The position numbers were made by a program, and so were the translations under genes. A model generated the notes under the pieces. It ran no database searches. It saw only the letters and a program-made list of their open reading frames with translations, and was not told the DNA's origin. A DNA stretch of 62,779 bases, filler included, from a bacterium (lineage in GTDB: Bacteria > UBA9089 > CG2-30-40-21 > SBAY01), in the NCBI GenBank assembly GCA_040757115.1. It is 5 parts of 4 records of this genome, joined end to end, with 100 filler letters (N's around TTAATTAATTAA, not from the genome) between each part and the next. Parts side by side here need not be neighbours in the genome. Positions count along the whole stretch, not along the records: positions 49,106 to 62,779 come from JBFLYA010000102.1; 4 more parts are not named here. The stretch is one strand, 5' to 3'. Shown here one piece after another: positions 59,793 through 62,779 of the stretch; position 1 is the stretch's first letter, and the number at the start of each line of letters is the position of its first letter.

Positions 59793-61202
59793 TCAAGAGG
59801 ATTTAAGATTTTTCCTTGAAAATGATGATGGGATTTGTAATTCCTCACGATACTTTGCCACTGTTCTCGAGGCAATATTTATACCCTGTTGTTGAAGTAA
59901 AGTGGTGATTTTACTATCGCTTAACGGATTTTGTTTATTTTCCAGTGCAATTATCTGTTTTATCTTTTCTTTAATAGATAGAGTAGAAACAGTTTCTCCT
60001 TCTTTGGTCGTTAGACCTGTTTTAAAGAAGAATTTCAATGGATGGACTCCATAAGGTGTTTTAACAAATTTGTTTGCGATTGTCCGACTGACTGTGCTTA
60101 AATGAAGATTAAGTCCATTCGCAATATCTTCTAATCTCATTGGGACAATCTTTTCTGGTTTGCCATCCTGTAAAAATTGCTGTTGTAGCTCAAATATTAC
60201 CTTTGCCACATGGGTTAATGTCTTTTTTCTCTTCTCCATACAATCTAAGAAAAATAAGGCTGATTTCAATTTCTTTCGGATATATTCATTTTCTTCTGCA
60301 GAGAGATTTTTATCTTTTAACAATCTTTGATAGTAAGAACTAATTCTTAGCGAAGGTATCCATTCATCATTGAGTTCTAATTTAAGTCCTTCTTCCTCTG
60401 TATTTGAGATAATAATCTCCGGGATAATGTATGGCGGGTAGAATTTTTCATATAATCGAGCCGGTTTTGGCTCCAACAATTTAACAAGTAGTTCAACTAA
60501 TTCTTTTACCCGTTCTACTGTAATATTCATTTTAGAGGCAATCAGGTCATAATTTTTATCTTGAATTGCCTGGAGGTAATTTTGAATTAAAGGTCCTAAT
60601 GTTTCCTCCATTCCTAATTCTTTAGCCTGAATTAGCAGGCATTCTTCCAAATCCTTAGATCCCACCCCGGTGGGTTCAAATTCTTGAATCTTATTCAAGA
60701 CATCTTTAACTTCCCCCAGACTGACCTTTGCCTCTTTGGCTATCTCCTCAACCGCACTATCAAGATAGCCATCTTTATTGATGTTGTCAATAATTAATTC
60801 GCCTATTTTATATTCATCATTAGTTAATGAAGGCACCATCCGAAGTTGCTGGAGTAAATATTCTCTAAGAGAAAGTTGATGTGTAGGAATATTTTCATAA
60901 ATTGGGTTAGACTCGATAGGTGGAGAAGAATCATAGGTAAAAGACTTTTTTGAAGATTCGAAGAAATCCTCCCAATTTATCTCCTCTTGTTTATCATTTT
61001 TTTTTATCTCTGGAAAGTCAACAATTGGAAGCTCAAGGGTGGCAATATTATCCTCTTCTAAAACCGGATTTTGAAGTAACTCTTCATTTATCTTATCTAC
61101 TAATTCCAGGTTAGAGAGTTGTAATATCTTGATTTTCAATTCCTGGAGTGGGGAAAATTTCATTTGTTGGCGTTGAGTTTGGTCAAGAGTTACTTTTGGC
61201 AT
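59793..61202 (-). CDS. rpoN: RNA polymerase sigma-54 factor
   Basis: Q/L-rich region I, NPVLE, FEPTGVG..DLEECLLIQ, H.STVSR, PLSD..I, RTVAKYRE RpoN box. Confidence 0.95.
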   Translation of the reverse strand: MPKVTLDQTQRQQMKFSPLQELKIKILQLSNLELVDKINEELLQNPVLEEDNIATLELPIVDFPEIKKNDKQEEINWEDFFESSKKSFTYDSSPPIESNPIYENIPTHQLSLREYLLQQLRMVPSLTNDEYKIGELIIDNINKDGYLDSAVEEIAKEAKVSLGEVKDVLNKIQEFEPTGVGSKDLEECLLIQAKELGMEETLGPLIQNYLQAIQDKNYDLIASKMNITVERVKELVELLVKLLEPKPARLYEKFYPPYIIPEIIISNTEEEGLKLELNDEWIPSLRISSYYQRLLKDKNLSAEENEYIRKKLKSALFFLDCMEKRKKTLTHVAKVIFELQQQFLQDGKPEKIVPMRLEDIANGLNLHLSTVSRTIANKFVKTPYGVHPLKFFFKTGLTTKEGETVSTLSIKEKIKQIIALENKQNPLSDSKITTLLQQQGINIASRTVAKYREELQIPSSFSRKNLKSS

Positions 61203-61345
61203 AAGAAAACCTCGTCTTTAAATATATTGATAATGGGTAACGAAGGTAAATGGAGTATTGGAATTTATTTCTTCACCCATCCATTATTCCATCACTCTAA
61301 TACTCTATATTAGTTCCTGGATAATACTAATTTTATTGCCGCCAT

Positions 61346-62602
61346 TTATGGCGTTACGGTCATAATCTTTCGGGCTATTTCAGGGTATTTGGCAATAAAT
61401 TTCAATTCAGAGTCAACCAAAGGTTTCTGGGTATGGACATTGGCGTATCTGACTAAGTCTAATATTCTATTTGCCTCTACCTGGTCTTTAAATGCTATCT
61501 CTAATTTTTCTGCAACATTTCTAAAGCCTTTAATTCCTGAGTATTCACCGGCAACAATTTTTCTACCAGTTTCTATCACTTCTGGTTCGCCAAGGCCTAA
61601 TTCTTCGAAATCATACAATTCGTAATTTCGGGCATCTTTTAATGCTCCGTCAGCGTGGATACCGGATTCATGGGCAAAGGCATTGGCGCCAACGGCGACT
61701 TGATTTATTGGGATAGGAACACCAAAGGCTATGGAGGCATATTTAGCGATTTTCCAGGCACAGGATAATTTCACCCGCTCATCTAAAACATATTTATTCT
61801 CAAATCCGCGTGATTTTTGTAAGGCTAAGATAACTGAAACTAAGTCAGCATTTCCTGCTCGTTCACCCATACCATTCACACAGACATTAATATAGGCATC
61901 TACGCCGCCATCAATAGCCCCCTTTGCGCCAGCAACTGAGCAAGCCGTTGCCATCCCGAGATCATTATGGCAGTGCTGTTCAAGAGGCAGCCCTACCTCT
62001 TTAGCTAATAATTTCATTCGTTCATAAATGGTAAATGGATCATCATAACCTAATGTATCACAATATCTTATGCGGTTGGCACCATGCTGTTTTGCCGCCT
62101 GAGCAAATTCTATCAGAAATTCATCATCTGTTCTCGAGGCATCTTCAGCATTGACTCCCACGGTCAGAATCCCTTTTTCTTTCGCTCTATCTAAAGCATC
62201 CGTCATCATCTGGATAATATTTGGTTTAGTCGAACTTTCTTTGGGAGACCTGACGATTCTATCCCCAAATTTCCCTTTCGTCATTTGCTCTGAGGTAGAT
62301 ATAGAGATATTCAGATGTTTAACTTTTGTATTCTCTACACAGGCATCTATATCTTCAACAATCGCTCGACACCATCCAGATAGAATAATGGGTTTAAGCA
62401 CACCTATTTCGGCTAATTCAAGATTAGCATTAAGATAGTGAATTTCATGGGGAGTGGCTGGAAATCCAAATTCACTCTGGTAGATTCCCATCTCATTAAG
62501 ATAGAGATTTAGCATTGTTTTTTCTAATTTAGCCAATCCTAATTTAGCTGTTTGCACCCCATCGCGGTTAGTCACATCAATCAAGTAAATTTTGTTCATC
62601 AC
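61346..62602 (-). CDS. Homocitrate synthase/LeuA-family acyltransferase, probably Dehalococcoides-type Re-citrate synthase
   Basis: IDVTNRDGVQTA, NAEDASRT, YCDTLG, HCHNDLG, NGMGERAGNA, AHESGIHADG; no LeuA regulatory domain. Confidence 0.85.
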   Translation of the reverse strand: MMNKIYLIDVTNRDGVQTAKLGLAKLEKTMLNLYLNEMGIYQSEFGFPATPHEIHYLNANLELAEIGVLKPIILSGWCRAIVEDIDACVENTKVKHLNISISTSEQMTKGKFGDRIVRSPKESSTKPNIIQMMTDALDRAKEKGILTVGVNAEDASRTDDEFLIEFAQAAKQHGANRIRYCDTLGYDDPFTIYERMKLLAKEVGLPLEQHCHNDLGMATACSVAGAKGAIDGGVDAYINVCVNGMGERAGNADLVSVILALQKSRGFENKYVLDERVKLSCAWKIAKYASIAFGVPIPINQVAVGANAFAHESGIHADGALKDARNYELYDFEELGLGEPEVIETGRKIVAGEYSGIKGFRNVAEKLEIAFKDQVEANRILDLVRYANVHTQKPLVDSELKFIAKYPEIARKIMTVTP

Positions 62603-62728
62603 AACCCTCCTCGTAATATTACATAGTCTGAATTAGAGTTCTGCAAAACTAAGAAACTGTAGTTTTTAAGCGGGTATTTAACACCTCTATTTTTATCAAT
62701 TTCCTACAAAGAGCAAAATGCAAAACTC

Positions 62729-62779
62729 GTTTATAGTTTAGGGTTTATAGTGTATAGTTTATAGTGTATAGTGTATAGT
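62729..62779. repeat. Heptamer tandem repeat GT(T/G)TATA
   Basis: About 7 units up to the window end. Confidence 0.8.

Noticed and set aside
1-62779. Taxonomic assignment to a specific candidate phylum
   Set aside because: The gene content suggests an uncultured anaerobe, but there is no rRNA and no marker phylogeny could be run.

Overview
The window is five contigs of an AT-rich bacterial draft genome or MAG, joined by artificial 100-bp linkers (44 N + TTAATTAATTAA + 44 N) at 6526-6625, 21230-21329, 35151-35250 and 49006-49105. The complete contigs fall in descending length order, so adjacency across linkers is probably not biological. Contigs A and B (1-21229) are open-ended pieces of a giant Thr/Gly-rich surface protein built from about 60 Ig-like (IPT/TIG-type) repeats plus about 17 units of a second beta-sandwich repeat. 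Contig C (21330-35150) is the most unusual. A 1381-aa secreted multidomain beta-helix protein lies downstream of an ~8-kb co-oriented array in which toxin-antitoxin modules (HicBA, two UPF0175/DUF3368 pairs, VapBC, Rpn) alternate with short signal-peptide + beta-helix-cap stubs. The four main stubs break off in or just after the GTYNEAIYINKNIALIGA motif of the full-length gene. One rpn gene is intact with a likely internal RpnS antitoxin start; a second rpn copy is shattered but keeps RpnS intact. Contigs D and E carry housekeeping genes: ribH 5' end, a response regulator, rluD, two GT-C glycosyltransferases, parB with parS sites, a radical SAM protein, a TPR protein, a Zn dehydrogenase, two NDK-like genes, ppdK, pgsA, an FG-GAP protein, bioF, a flippase, rpoN and a homocitrate-synthase-family (likely Re-citrate synthase) gene. 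Intergenic DNA is full of miniature elements, mainly a family with GTAA-N4-TCAG/TCAC termini and 8-bp target duplications (IS66-like) but unrelated, short-repeat-rich interiors, one carrying a GxxExxY gene fragment. No rRNA, tRNA or CRISPR array was found.
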